Positions 30,827-42,211 of a stretch of DNA of 64,000 bases are shown in pieces. Under the pieces are notes generated by a model that ran no database searches, had not been told where the DNA came from, and saw only the letters and a program-made list of their open reading frames with translations. Each line of letters starts with the position of its first letter. Position 1 is the stretch's first letter. The stretch is from NCBI GenBank assembly GCA_042408215.1, contig JAYFMW010000028.1:288001-352000 (forward strand), in the 5' to 3' direction. The stretch is from Microcoleus sp. (GTDB lineage Bacteria > Cyanobacteriota > Cyanobacteriia > Cyanobacteriales > Microcoleaceae). A program made the position numbers and the translations under genes.

Positions 30827-30868
30827 TCAAGCAGTGAATTTAACCCAAGTACCAAAGGATTCAAAATC

Positions 30869-31603
30869 ATGCTGCCGAACAAAGAAGGTCAAAGAGTACC
30901 CAATGTCACCTTTCGCACCCGCCAAAATAACGAGTGGGTTGATGTCACTACCCTTGATTTGTTTGCAGGTAAAACCGTAGTAGTGTTCTCGCTACCTGGA
31001 GCTTTTACTCCCACTTGTTCGTCAACTCACCTCCCCGGTTACAACGAATTAGCGCAAGTTTTCAAAGCAAATGGTGTAGATGAAATCGTTTGTATTTCCG
31101 TCAATGATACTTTTGTGATGAACGAATGGGCCAAAGACCAAGAAGCCGAAAATGTGACATTAATTCCCGACGGTAACGGCGAATTTTCTGAAGGTATGGG
31201 AATGCTTGTAGACAAAACTGATTTAGGTTTTGGCAAGCGTTCTTGGCGCTATTCTATGTTAGTTAAAAATGGCTTAGTTGAAAAAATGTTTATTGAGCCG
31301 GAGGAACCGGGAGATCCTTTCAAGGTGTCTGATGCTGAGACGATGCTCCACTACATTAACTCGGCAGCGGTCAAGCCCAAAGTTGTTTCTTTGTTCACTA
31401 AAGTCGGCTGTCCTTTCTGCGCCCGCGCTAAGGCTTTGCTGAAAGAAAAGGGTTTGGATTATGAAGAAATAGTTTTGGGCCAAGATGTCACAACTCGATC
31501 GCTCCGGGCCGTAACTGGAGCAACTACTGTGCCGCAAGTCTTTATCGACGGCAAATTGATTGGCGGCTCCGAGGCCCTAGAATCTTATTTTGCAGCTAGT
31601 TAG
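30869..31603 (+). CDS. pgdx: Hybrid peroxiredoxin (Prx5/type II)-glutaredoxin
   Basis: [27 protein letters not shown]-terminal glutaredoxin CPFC and TVPQVFI. Confidence 0.93.
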   Translation: MLPNKEGQRVPNVTFRTRQNNEWVDVTTLDLFAGKTVVVFSLPGAFTPTCSSTHLPGYNELAQVFKANGVDEIVCISVNDTFVMNEWAKDQEAENVTLIPDGNGEFSEGMGMLVDKTDLGFGKRSWRYSMLVKNGLVEKMFIEPEEPGDPFKVSDAETMLHYINSAAVKPKVVSLFTKVGCPFCARAKALLKEKGLDYEEIVLGQDVTTRSLRAVTGATTVPQVFIDGKLIGGSEALESYFAAS

Positions 31604-31796
31604 GGAAAAATACCTAACTCCCCTTCCCTAGGAAGGGAAGGGGGAGGAAGAAGTCTTGCCCCTTTCTGGGGAGGTTTGGGATCAAAAGTTCGATCGCCAA
31701 ACAGCAGCAGGAAGATCGATCGGGCGATCGATCCATTCTCGTGCAACAATTAATTTTGAAGTAAGATAAAAAAATCAGACATGGGAGTGACCGATC

Positions 31797-32771
31797 GTGG
31801 ATTTAAGTCTCGTAGCGTCAAATATCTTAAATCCACCTGTATTAGCTTTTTTTATGGGACTCCTGGCAGTTTTTCTAAAATCTGATTTAGAGATTCCAGC
31901 ACCAATCCCCAAACTGTTTTCGCTGTACCTACTGTTTGCGATCGGATTTAAAGGCGGCGTCGAACTGGCAAAAAGCGGCTTCAACCAGCAAGTCGCATTG
32001 ACAATTCTGGCAGCGATGTTGATGTCAGCACTTGTACCAGTCTATACTTTCTTTATACTGAGAATCAAACTAGATGCCTACAATGCAGCGGCGATCGCAG
32101 CCACCTACGGTTCCATCAGTGCGGTAACATTTATAACCGCAACTGCCTTGCTCAAACAACTGGGAATCGACTTTGACGGCTACATGGTAGCAGCCCTAGC
32201 ATTAATGGAATCCCCAGCAATTATAGTCGGTCTAATTCTTGTCAGTGTATTCGGTGGCGGGGAAGAAGGAAAACGCGATATAGTTTGGTCAGAAGTGCTG
32301 CAAGAATCATTCCTAAACAGTTCAGTATTTCTGCTGATTGGCAGCCTAATTATGGGCATACTAACAGGAGAACACGGTTGGGAAGTGCTAAGCCCTTTTA
32401 CTCAAGATTTGTTTTACGGCGTTCTGACTTTTTTCTTGTTGGATATGGGACTGGTAGCAGCCAGCAGAATTAAAGATTTGCAAGAAGCTGGAGTTTTTCT
32501 GATCGGTTTTGCAATCCTAATTCCCATAGTTAACGCAGGGGTTGGTTTGCTAATAGCGAAACTAATCGGAATGCCACAGGGAGATTCTCTGTTGTTTTGC
32601 GTATTGTGCGCGAGTGCTTCTTACATAGCAGTGCCCGCAGCCATGCGCCTAACTGTTCCCGAAGCTAACCCAAGTCTTTACATTTCAACGGCCTTAGCAG
32701 TGACGTTTCCGTTTAACATCATTGTAGGCATTCCCATGTATCTATACGCAATCAATATATTTTGGAGGTGA
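31797..32771 (+). CDS. sbtA: Sodium-dependent bicarbonate transporter, SbtA family
   Basis: YLLFAIGFKGG, ATYGSISAVTF, MESPAIIVG, ASASYIAVPAAMR. Confidence 0.88.
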   Translation: MDLSLVASNILNPPVLAFFMGLLAVFLKSDLEIPAPIPKLFSLYLLFAIGFKGGVELAKSGFNQQVALTILAAMLMSALVPVYTFFILRIKLDAYNAAAIAATYGSISAVTFITATALLKQLGIDFDGYMVAALALMESPAIIVGLILVSVFGGGEEGKRDIVWSEVLQESFLNSSVFLLIGSLIMGILTGEHGWEVLSPFTQDLFYGVLTFFLLDMGLVAASRIKDLQEAGVFLIGFAILIPIVNAGVGLLIAKLIGMPQGDSLLFCVLCASASYIAVPAAMRLTVPEANPSLYISTALAVTFPFNIIVGIPMYLYAINIFWR

Positions 32772-32772
32772 G

Positions 32773-33084
32773 ATGATGGATTCAGTCAAAAGGATAGAAA
32801 TCATAGCCCACTCCGTGGAGCTAGGCAAGATTTTAGATGGTTTAGACAAAGCTGGCGTACCCAATTATTCGGTGATTCATGATGTCGCTGGAAAGAGTAC
32901 CAGGGATCACGTTTCCCGCGATTCATCTATGACGACGCTGGATAACATTTATGTGATTGCTTTTTGTGCTCCCGATCAAGTATCAGCAGTTGCAGAAAAG
33001 ATTAGACCAGTTCTCAATAAGTTTGGTGGGTCGTGTTTTATTTCAGATGCGGTGGAATTGCTAATTACTAGGTGTGTTGGGTAG
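32773..33084 (+). CDS. sbtB: PII-like regulator, SbtB family
   Basis: VKRIEII, GVPNYSVIHDVAGKS; directly after sbtA. Confidence 0.8.
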   Translation: MMDSVKRIEIIAHSVELGKILDGLDKAGVPNYSVIHDVAGKSTRDHVSRDSSMTTLDNIYVIAFCAPDQVSAVAEKIRPVLNKFGGSCFISDAVELLITRCVG

Positions 33085-33632
33085 TCATTAGTCATTAGTC
33101 ATTAGTCATTAGTCATTAGTCATTAGTCATTGGTTATTGGTTATTGGTTATTGGTTATTGGTTATTGGTCATTAGTCATTAGTCATTAGTCATTAGTCAT
33201 TAGTCATTGGTTATGGGTTATGGGTTATTGGTTGTTGGTAGTAAACAAGAAAGATTAATAAATGACTTTGAAGTTGAAACCGATCAATTCCCAATTCCCA
33301 ATTCCCAATTACGAATTACGAATTACGAATTACCAATTACGAATTCCCAATGACCAATTACGAATTACGAATTCCCAATGACCAATGACCAATTACGAAT
33401 TCCCAATGACCAATGACCAATGACGAATTACCAATGACGAATTACCAATTCCCAATCACCAATTCCCAATGACCAATTCCCAATGACCAATTCCCAATGA
33501 CCAATTCCCAATGACCAATTCCCAATGACCAATTCCCAATTCCCAATTCCCAATTCCCAATTACGAATTCCCAATTACGAATTCCCAATTCCCAATTACG
33601 AATTCCCAATTCCCAATTCCCAATTCCCAATT
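33085..33632. repeat. Large compound heptameric STRR tract (TCATTAG/TTATTGG, then CCAATGA/CCAATTC/ACGAATT)
   Basis: Direct inspection; two blocks separated by about 45 bp of unique sequence. Confidence 0.95.
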
Positions 33633-33768
33633 CCCAGTACCAGGTAAAATTTCAGAATTCTTAAGATATAAAAAAGATTAAGTTGCACCAATGGGTTGCC
33701 GTGCTACATTCTAACGCACAAGTTGCGATAGCGCGATCGAGATAGCGATATTTTCAAGAGGAGTTTAA

Positions 33769-34803
<1,035 letters not shown>

Positions 34804-34977
34804 TTTTTTGTGGGGTGGGCATTTGGGGCGGGCTAGGAATGCCCACCCCACAAGCAGATTTCTATGATTTTGTGGAACTGGCATCTTGCCCGTTTCTGAG
34901 AATGCTATAGCAACCTTCTCAGTAATTAGAACGTTTTTAATTGCTGAAACCATTGATTTTATTTCATCTTCCTTCTT

Positions 34978-35136
34978 TCCCAATTCCCCCCAATTCCCAA
35001 TTCCCAATTCCCAATTCCCAATTCCCAATTCCCAATTCCCAATTCCCAATTCCCAATTCCCAATTCCCAATTCCCAATTCCCAATTCCCAATTCCCAATT
35101 CCCAATTCCCAATTCCCAATTCCCAATTCCCAATTC
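34978..35136. repeat. (CCCAATT)n STRR, about 21 near-perfect copies
   Basis: Direct inspection. Confidence 0.95.
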
Positions 35137-35146
35137 CTTCTTTCAT

Positions 35147-35512
35147 ATGTCTGAATTACCACCTCTCAATCACGAAACTATTTGGGCTATCCTCAACGAA
35201 GAAATCGACGATGCCGCTGTCAATCGGTTAGTTTGGCAATATTTGGGCTACCGTTGCGATGCAGAGACTGGGCTGTGGAACAGTGCAAATGTTGCCCAGG
35301 AGTGGTGCAAAGACTATCCTGAACCGCCGGATTTCATTGATTCTCGGCCCGCAACGGTGAAATTGACTCGATCGATCATTCCAGAAAACAAGCAGTTGCT
35401 GAAGGAAAAATTGGGCTTTAAAGGCTATAAAATTGGGGAATTCGGGCCAAGACAGACTCGCAGGGCGACGATGGCTAATTGGTTAATGGGTTTTCTGGAA
35501 GTTGAAAGCTAG
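35147..35512 (+). CDS. DUF1823 family protein
   Basis: [54 protein letters not shown] at 35147 after the STRR. Confidence 0.8.
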   Translation: MSELPPLNHETIWAILNEEIDDAAVNRLVWQYLGYRCDAETGLWNSANVAQEWCKDYPEPPDFIDSRPATVKLTRSIIPENKQLLKEKLGFKGYKIGEFGPRQTRRATMANWLMGFLEVES

Positions 35513-35554
35513 AATCTGAAATCTCAAATTGACTGAGATCCGGCTGTTGTTTGA

Positions 35555-35809
35555 ACTGGCGGCGGTTCGCAAAAAACCAAAGCCACGGTTCAAATTGATC
35601 TGGGGTTAATTGGTACGGCTTCAGGAGAAATTCTTGCCACCGCCAAAGCAGTAGGAGAAGCAGATCAAAGCGATTCTAACATCTCGATTAGGGGAATCAG
35701 TGGCAATTGGGGCCGCAACAATGAGGATACACTTTTGAGCGCGGCAGTTGACAAAGCAGTCGGTCAAATGGTAACAAAACTTGCTGAAGTTGCGAAGAAA
35801 TTGCCTTAA
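35555..35809 (+). pseudogene. Start-less C-terminal fragment resembling CsgG/HfaB-family proteins
   Basis: KATVQIDLGLIGTASGEILATAKAVGEADQSDSNISIRGISG...LLSAAVDKAVGQMVTKLAEVAKKLP*; in-frame TGA at 35552. Confidence 0.55.
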
Positions 35810-35817
35810 TGTTATCG

Positions 35818-36015
35818 GTTTGGCGGGGGCGGGTTGATGTAGATTTTTGGTGGGAATTAAATATTACGGGTGAAACCCGCCCCTACAAAATCTGGTTTTT
35901 TTCCTCACAAACACGCTAGAAATCTCACTCTACATTGGTCGCGCTCTTGTAGGGGCGGGTTTTACAAACAATCATTGCTGAAAACCAATAATATAGTAAA
36001 CCCGCCGCCACCCAA
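35818..36015. repeat. Two REP-like palindromes (GGGGCGGGTT...AAACCCGCCCCTACA)
   Basis: Inverted arms between convergent genes; same family inside the MITE at 61307-61441. Confidence 0.7.
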
Positions 36016-36041
36016 CTGGATTATATGTGACCAATTACCAA

Positions 36042-38351
36042 TTAATTAGCATTTGGATTGGAGTCATAATCAACGCATTTTCCCTGTTGATTAGGGTTTG
36101 GGGCTGGGTTATAGACTACCTGATCGACAGCATCTTTTTCTTGAATCCATCCGATTTCCCCCGGTTGCAGCTTGGCGATTTCTACTGCAACTGTTGGCTT
36201 AACTGCGGGGGAAGGTGAGGGAGTGGTAACAGCGGGAGAGCGATCGGTTTCTGGTTTTGCAACTACTGAAAAATCTTTATTTTGCTGAGACTTGGGAGAA
36301 GTCGATCGCGCTTTTTCAGGAATCGAACAAACTTTCAATTCCAACCAGTTACCTTGAGGTGTCAACTGTTTGTTTGTTACCTGCAAAACGCTGCCGGCAA
36401 TCACTGTTCCTTTCACTGTCAACTGACCGATTTCGCCGTGCAAATCCAAGCGAGCGCCTGCTTTTTCTAATTCCCCGATCGCAGAACTTTTAATTTCTAC
36501 AAACGAGCCTTTTTCTAAAGATTGAACAGGCTCAGGTAAAGTTTCATCCGTTGTCGGCGGGCTGCTTTCAGCATGGATTTTACCGTAACCGAAAATCGAC
36601 TCACCGGCAGCATCGATCGCTCGACCTACCGGAGGGATGAAAAAATAAGCAAATACTCCCCCCAAACCTAATAAAAATACAATTTTTAGCAACAGCGCCA
36701 AGGGACTTTTGCTTGGGTCTGCTAGCTCTATAAACAGCGTTCTGAGTAGAGAATTAGTATCGCCCAGACCTGTGCGATCGGTCAAATCGGTTGGCAGATC
36801 CTCGCTGTCAGCAATTGGTTCGATCGGCAAATCTAAAGGTGCGACGGACAATTCTGTGAAAGTATTGCCTTCCTCTCTCAAATGTGCCTGACAGTGAATT
36901 AAAGCCACGGTTACATTGTCGTGACCATTTTTAGTATTAGCAAGATCGATCAAGCGATCGCGCGCTGCGGCAACATCAATGGTACCGTCAAGAATGGGCA
37001 AAATCTCCGTTTCCCAGCATTCCTCAACCCGGTCTTTATCGCTCAAACCGTCGGAACACAACAGCAAAACGCAGTCTTCATCCACTGCAAAACGCTGCAC
37101 AGTTGGGTGCAGAGTGTTTGAAGAAGTAATCCCCAAAGCTTGAATCAGAGCACCCGCAGCCACCTGTTCCAAAGCGTCTCGGTAGAGTGCGTAGCCCAAA
37201 CGCACCTCGCGACAAGCCACATCGTCATCAAGAGTCACTTGATAGCAGCCGGTGCGGGTAATCCAATAAGCCCGACTGTCTCCGACGTGGGCAACATAGA
37301 GTTCATGGAGGTGGGCTAAAGCCATCACCAGGGTAGTTCCCATCCGCTGGCGGCCTTGGCGGTGCTCGCTATCGTTACGACTAGAGATGGCGTCGTTAGC
37401 AGCACAAGCCGATCGTTCCAGCTTGGAAATCAGGCTCAGCGGATCGTCAATATCCTTGTGCAGCACCACTTGCTGCAACTTGTCCAGGAGCACAGAAATC
37501 GCTAATTCCGAAGCGACTTCGCCGCCGTCTTGTCCGCCGATACCGTCACAGACGATCGCGCAAGCGTCCGCTCCCGGATAGCCGGCGAACACTGTGCCAC
37601 TGGGTGGGTAACAAGCATCTTCGTTGTGGGCGCGCGATCGACCTACATCAGTGCCCGTGGCAATCTCCACGGTGCGATCGTACCATAGGCCGCACTTTGC
37701 CAGAGCTTGATCCAACTGGCCCATCAGTTGTTCGCCGTTGCGGATCTGACCGGCCACCATTTGCAGGCACAGTTGTCTCAAAAAATTGGCGATCGCCGGG
37801 TGAGCTTCGGGCACCCACTGCTGCCACAACTTGCCCAACATCGACAAATTAGGTGGTTTGCGATCGGGCTGCAACTCCAGAAACCGCACCACAGGCCCTT
37901 CCACCCGCAGCAATTCGGGAGTCAGTAGAGTCGAAGCCACGCCCTGAGTAATAAAGGGCTGCCACAACTGAGCAATTTGCCACAGCCAATTAAGCTGGCG
38001 CATCGCCGAGGATCCTTTCCACGAGTCCGCCAATTCCGGCATCAACGATTCGCTAACCTTGAAAATTGGCCCGTTTTCCAGTAGCCAGATATCCCCCGAA
38101 AGCTTGCTCGCCTTGGACGATACCAGCCCGTATACTTGGGGTACGTGCAATTGATAGGCAAACAGTCTCAGATAAGGAGTTAAAAAGTTCGGAATCTCTT
38201 CGGGCAGTTCCGGCAACTGTTCGGGTTGATTATCGACTAGAAGCCGATCGCGCTTAAGCAAGTAGCGACCGGCGATCAGATCGCCCGGTTTACAGGCTTT
38301 TATCCCTTCACCTAAAGCCCATAAGTAATGTTTTGGCACAGAGTTTTGCAT
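36042..38351 (-). CDS. PP2C-family Ser/Thr protein phosphatase with N-terminal extension and a TM segment
   Basis: TDVGRSRAHNEDAC, IVCDGIGGQDGGEVAS, MGTTLV, HVGDSRAY, LLCSDGLSD, GHDNVTV. Confidence 0.92.
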   Translation of the reverse strand: MQNSVPKHYLWALGEGIKACKPGDLIAGRYLLKRDRLLVDNQPEQLPELPEEIPNFLTPYLRLFAYQLHVPQVYGLVSSKASKLSGDIWLLENGPIFKVSESLMPELADSWKGSSAMRQLNWLWQIAQLWQPFITQGVASTLLTPELLRVEGPVVRFLELQPDRKPPNLSMLGKLWQQWVPEAHPAIANFLRQLCLQMVAGQIRNGEQLMGQLDQALAKCGLWYDRTVEIATGTDVGRSRAHNEDACYPPSGTVFAGYPGADACAIVCDGIGGQDGGEVASELAISVLLDKLQQVVLHKDIDDPLSLISKLERSACAANDAISSRNDSEHRQGRQRMGTTLVMALAHLHELYVAHVGDSRAYWITRTGCYQVTLDDDVACREVRLGYALYRDALEQVAAGALIQALGITSSNTLHPTVQRFAVDEDCVLLLCSDGLSDKDRVEECWETEILPILDGTIDVAAARDRLIDLANTKNGHDNVTVALIHCQAHLREEGNTFTELSVAPLDLPIEPIADSEDLPTDLTDRTGLGDTNSLLRTLFIELADPSKSPLALLLKIVFLLGLGGVFAYFFIPPVGRAIDAAGESIFGYGKIHAESSPPTTDETLPEPVQSLEKGSFVEIKSSAIGELEKAGARLDLHGEIGQLTVKGTVIAGSVLQVTNKQLTPQGNWLELKVCSIPEKARSTSPKSQQNKDFSVVAKPETDRSPAVTTPSPSPAVKPTVAVEIAKLQPGEIGWIQEKDAVDQVVYNPAPNPNQQGKCVDYDSNPNAN

Positions 38352-38404
38352 AAGGGTTCCTAGACGCTTTTGGGCCCAGTGCCGATCTGAACTATTTTAG
38401 TTAG

Positions 38405-38758
38405 ACAGGCGGGAATCCCCAGCCCATAATCTTTGATTTGGGGTGGGATGAGAGCCGCGCGAGGTGACGAGGGATCCTCACCGCGATGTTGGGCATAGCC
38501 AACCAGCATTCTTTGGATGGCGACGAGACGAGCACTCATTGTAATAATTCTGGTAAAATACTCATATATTGGATCGCAGAATAACAATCTAGGTCTAGAT
38601 AAAACAGCTTTTATGTGACAAGTGGGGCGGGACCTGTTCCTCACTATAAAACGCCGTAGAGGGAAACGATGGGAGTACCTTGAAGGAAGATCTTGATATC
38701 CACAGGCGGGACTCAGATGCCTACAACATACCGCTTGCGGTTGGTGTAGGAGCGTCAC
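38405..38758 (+). mobile_element. Non-coding IS200/IS605-derived element with an omega/reRNA-like right end
   Basis: Left hairpin GAATCCCCAGCCCATAATCTTTGATTTGGGGTGGGATGA; right hairpin CCTACAACATACCGCTTGCGGTTGGTGTAGG followed by AGCGTCAC; no tnp ORF. Confidence 0.6.
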
Positions 38759-38928
38759 CGCTTGAACCTCGACGGAATGTCTTGTACTGACAAGCGCTAT
38801 TTTACCACGCCAAAACACTGTGTTCACATGATTCGGCACGATCGGTAAATCAAGGCTGGATTTATCCTGCAACTACCTGTCATCCCTGGACTCAATTCGA
38901 GGGGGTTTTCAGGCTATTCTTGATAATT

Positions 38929-39098
38929 TATACCAGTTTTTTATGAGGCCCCGTAGAATCTGATCCCCCCTAACCCCCCTTAATAAGGGGGGAACAAGAT
39001 TCTGCTCTTTCGTCACCCCCTACTCACACCCTACTCCCTTATTAAGGGGGATGCGAGGGGGATCGAGATATATGCAACGACCCATTAAATTGGTATTA
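38929..39098. mobile_element. IS630-like MITE with TA-flanked TATACCA...TGGTATTA ends. Other copies at 53437-53598 (inverted) and, truncated, at about 8648-8745.
   Basis: Shared TIRs and internal ATGAGG..GTAGAATCTGATCCCCCC...GATCGAGATATATGCAACGACC. Confidence 0.75.
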
Positions 39099-39210
39099 CT
39101 GGTTAATAATGCCAATTTACGAAGAAATCGCAGCGGTCAAGCGGTTGAAGATTTGAGACTCCTGCTCATGGTACGATGGAGGTGCGTAGAAATCACCAGA
39201 GTCGGCTGGT

Positions 39211-39520
39211 TTGACACTCCTCGACCTTAAGGCACGAGGATTCTTAAGACATTTCAGTCTTAATATCCCTATTTCTAGGGTTCCTTTCGCTGACCACGTT
39301 TGCACAAAAATGTGTGTAGTCAGATCTCCTCAAAAGTGTTTTGGGCGTATACTTTCCCCCAGTCCAGGGGTAGGTTTTTAAATCTTGTCTGATGCCCTTA
39401 CTATACCACACAGGGGTGGGTGCGTGGATATGTCTACCCAACTCCATGCGGATTTCTGACGGAGCAGGAGTCGTAGAAAAAGCCATCCTATAAGGACGGG
39501 GTTTTCAACCCAATTTTCTG
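39211..39520 (-). mobile_element. Non-coding IS200/IS605-derived element
   Basis: Minus strand: TTAT|CAGAAAATTGGGTTGAAAACCCCGTCCTTATAGGATGG (left end) ... AAGAATCCTCGTGCCTTAAGGTCGAGGAGTGTCAA (right-end hairpin, TCAA terminus). Confidence 0.75.
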
Positions 39521-39623
39521 ATAAATTCCCCCTGTTGTCGATCGGGCGCTCCGTGCATCGTGCCTGAGTTTCGCAAGTCAAGTTTAAGATCACCCGCCTC
39601 TGCAAGCAGTTGAGTTCCTAGCC

Positions 39624-39959
39624 ATGCCCCTCAAGGATTCCAGCGCCTTTCCCGAAAATTTTCCAGACCCGAAACTTCCTGCCGCCATTGAGGTAGACGA
39701 AATGCTGACCAGGATTAAGCATTCTCACGGTCATTACTACAAAGTGATGAATCTTGAGGTTTGGGCGCTTGTGGAAACGCTCGATCAGCTATTTCCGGGC
39801 GCTTGGGGTCGCTTCATGGCTAACCGCCAGCTTGCGGTGAAACAGTTTTTGCAGCGCAAGGGCGATCTCAAAGGTTCAGTTGAAGCTGAGGATGTGGAGG
39901 AGAAGGAAGAAGCAAGAAGCAAGAAGCAAGAAGCAAGAAGCAAGAAGCAAGAAGAATAA
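39624..39959 (+). CDS. Hypothetical protein; C-terminus formed by an in-frame AAGAAGC repeat
   Basis: NLEVWALVETLDQLFPGAWGRFMANRQLAVKQFL core; EARSKKQEARSKKQ tail. Confidence 0.65.
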   Translation: MPLKDSSAFPENFPDPKLPAAIEVDEMLTRIKHSHGHYYKVMNLEVWALVETLDQLFPGAWGRFMANRQLAVKQFLQRKGDLKGSVEAEDVEEKEEARSKKQEARSKKQEE

Positions 39960-40001
39960 AAGCAGATTTGGCCCAATTCTCCCCATTTCCCCCTCTTGTT
40001 T

Positions 40002-40445
40002 GTATCGAAGTCTAGATCCCTCTCGCATCCCCCTTCCCAAGGGGAGTAGGGGGTGACGAAACAGAATACTCTTGTCCCCCCTCGTTGGTATCGAAGTCTA
40101 GAGCCCCCTCCCATCCCCTTGAATCAGGGGAGTAGGGGTTGACGAAACAGAATACTCTTGTCCTCTCGTTGGTATCGAAGTCTAGATCCCCCTCCCATCC
40201 CCCTGATAGTCGGGGAGTAGGGGTTGACGAAACAGAATACTCTTGTCCCCCCTCGTTGGTATCGAAGTCTAGATCCCCCTCCCATCCCCCTGAATCAGGG
40301 GAGTAGGGGTTGACGAAACAGAATACTCTTGTCCCACCCCCTACTCCCCTTCTTAAGGGGGAGTAGGGGGCAAGAATGCGGGGGGATCGAAACTCGGCTA
40401 CAAGCGAGATATACAGAGGGCTTTAGTCTTAAGTTGGCACCAATA
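40002..40445. repeat. Four ~85-bp tandem units ending in a single IS4-like right TIR
   Basis: GTATCGAAGTCTAGA at 40002, 40088, 40172 and 40259; CTTAAGTTGGCACCAAT at about 40428. Confidence 0.85.
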
Positions 40446-40480
40446 CCCCTCTCCTACTCTGCCGATCGCCCGATCGCAGC

Positions 40481-40825
40481 TTACAGATGAATTTTCGCAT
40501 CAACTTGAGGCAATCCCATGCTGTAATTGACAGCGCGGCTATTGAGGTTGTAGCTGATTTGGCCTTTCTGTAAGAACGATCGCACCAAATGCTCCAATTC
40601 CGAACCAATGCGGCGGAGGTTGTACTCAGTCAAGTCTTCGCCCTCGTAGGAATCTACAAGTTCATCGAATTTGGCATAAACCTGTTTGACTGACTCGTCA
40701 TTCCAGTTGAGTTCGTTATCTGGGTCAATGTCCAGTGTCAAAAGATCGTTGCTGGGTACGAGTTCGTTGTGTTCGAGGATGGCGGTATATATGCGAATAT
40801 GGCGGGTTGTGGACTTGAGCTGCAT
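40481..40825 (-). CDS. ndhM: NAD(P)H-quinone oxidoreductase subunit M
   Basis: LKSTTRHIRIYTA, LTLDIDPDNE, YNLRRIGSELEH, ISYNLNSRAVNYSMGLPQV. Confidence 0.93.
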   Translation of the reverse strand: MQLKSTTRHIRIYTAILEHNELVPSNDLLTLDIDPDNELNWNDESVKQVYAKFDELVDSYEGEDLTEYNLRRIGSELEHLVRSFLQKGQISYNLNSRAVNYSMGLPQVDAKIHL

Positions 40826-40902
40826 AAGTTCTCGATCTGTAAAGATTTTTTTGCTGAACTTATTGTAGTTGCTTCCAGAGGCGCGGGGAGAACGGGCGAT
40901 CG

Positions 40903-41424
40903 TCAATTTCTCGGAATCCCGAAATATTTTAGTTGTTCGGCCGTCCAATTTTTGTAATATTCAGTTTTCAGTAAAGAATCGGAAGCTGGCTTCAGCGTAG
41001 AATTTACTTGAACAGTGAAACCCGGATAGGGCATCCTCCTAGTATGAAGCCCGTCAATATTAAAATCTTCATCGGGATGAACGTGAAAAGCCAGCAAACC
41101 CAGCTCTGAAATATTATTATTGAGTTTTTCTATTAATGCTTGAGTTTGCGGTGCACTAATTGCTGTTTTTTCAGGATTAATGACTAACATTATTTCCAAA
41201 TCGGAATTGTAAAATTCATAAATCGATTGCATTATGGCAGAATTGCGATCGAACTCAGTCAGCGCTGAAAACCGCTCGATTTTGAATAAAATTTGATTTG
41301 CCAACCGTGCCTTTTTAGCGAAGGGACAAACTGGTAAATCGCTGAAATTTGGATGCGGTAACTCGACAAACTCCGTCATCCATCTGAGGGTAGACTCTAT
41401 AATTTCCGTGTTAGATTCATTCAT
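40903..41424 (-). CDS. Hypothetical protein (DUF1415-like CPFA motif)
   Basis: WMTEFVE...LPVCPFAKKA, FHVHPD, TRRMPYP. Confidence 0.6.
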   Translation of the reverse strand: MNESNTEIIESTLRWMTEFVELPHPNFSDLPVCPFAKKARLANQILFKIERFSALTEFDRNSAIMQSIYEFYNSDLEIMLVINPEKTAISAPQTQALIEKLNNNISELGLLAFHVHPDEDFNIDGLHTRRMPYPGFTVQVNSTLKPASDSLLKTEYYKNWTAEQLKYFGIPRN

Positions 41425-41490
41425 CAAAAATCTATGTATTTGACATTTCACACTAATCATAATCTATTTCTAGGGCGATGCACATCTCAC

Positions 41491-42190
41491 CATTGGTGTC
41501 AACTTAAGACTGAAATCCACGATGAATGTCGCTTGTCGTCGAGTCTCGATCCCCCTAAATCCCCCTTAAGAAGGGGAGTAGGGGTTGACTTTGAGAATGC
41601 TCTTGTCCCCCCCTTCTTAAGGGGGGCTAGGGGGGATCTCCGGGTTTAAAAACACACCCTATTCCTTCCATTTCTAAGGGAATTTGAATTCTCTTGTCCC
41701 ACCCCCTACTCCCCTTGTGTTTTGGGGGGCTAGGGGTGATCTCCGGGTTTAAAAACACACCCTATTCCTTCCATTGCTAAGGGAATTTGAATTCTCTTGT
41801 CCCACCCCCTACTCCCCTTGTGTTTTGGGGGGCTAGGGGGGATCTCCGGGTTTAAAAACACACCCCATTCCTTCCATTGCTAAGGGAATTTGAATTCTCT
41901 TGTCCCACCCCCTACTCCCCTTGTGTTTTGGGGGGTTAGGGGGGATCTCCGGGTCAAGAAAACACGCCCTATTCCTTCCATTGCTAAGGGAATTTGAATT
42001 CTCTTGTCCCACCCCCTACTCCCCTTGTGTTTTGGGGGGCTAGGGGGGATCTCCGGGTTTAAAAACACACCCCATTCCTTCCATTGCTACGGGAATTTGA
42101 ATTCTCTTGTCCCCCCCTTGTTAAGGGGGGCTAGGGGCGGATCTCCGGGTTTAAAAGCACACCCTAGTCCTTCCATTGCTAAGGACTAAA
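41491..42190. repeat. IS4-like left TIR plus GC core, followed by about 5 tandem ~103-bp units
   Basis: CATTGGTGTCAACTTAAG at 41491; CTA(A/C)GGGAATTTGAATTCTCTTGTCC at about 41673, 41777, 41880, 41983 and 42087. Confidence 0.85.
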
Positions 42191-42211
42191 GTCCTGACTA
42201 CAAACATTAAT

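Noticed and set aside
33442..33630. ORFs of GIGNWEL/PIPNSQF repeats (also 34501-35231)
   Set aside because: Translations of heptameric STRRs. The real DUF1823 gene starts at 35147.
38360..38872. 170-aa minus-strand ORF
   Set aside because: It spans IS605-derived non-coding relics and has no recognisable protein features.
40428..41508. Composite transposon carrying ndhM
   Set aside because: The two TIRs face away from the genes (right end, then left end), with no target duplication or transposase.
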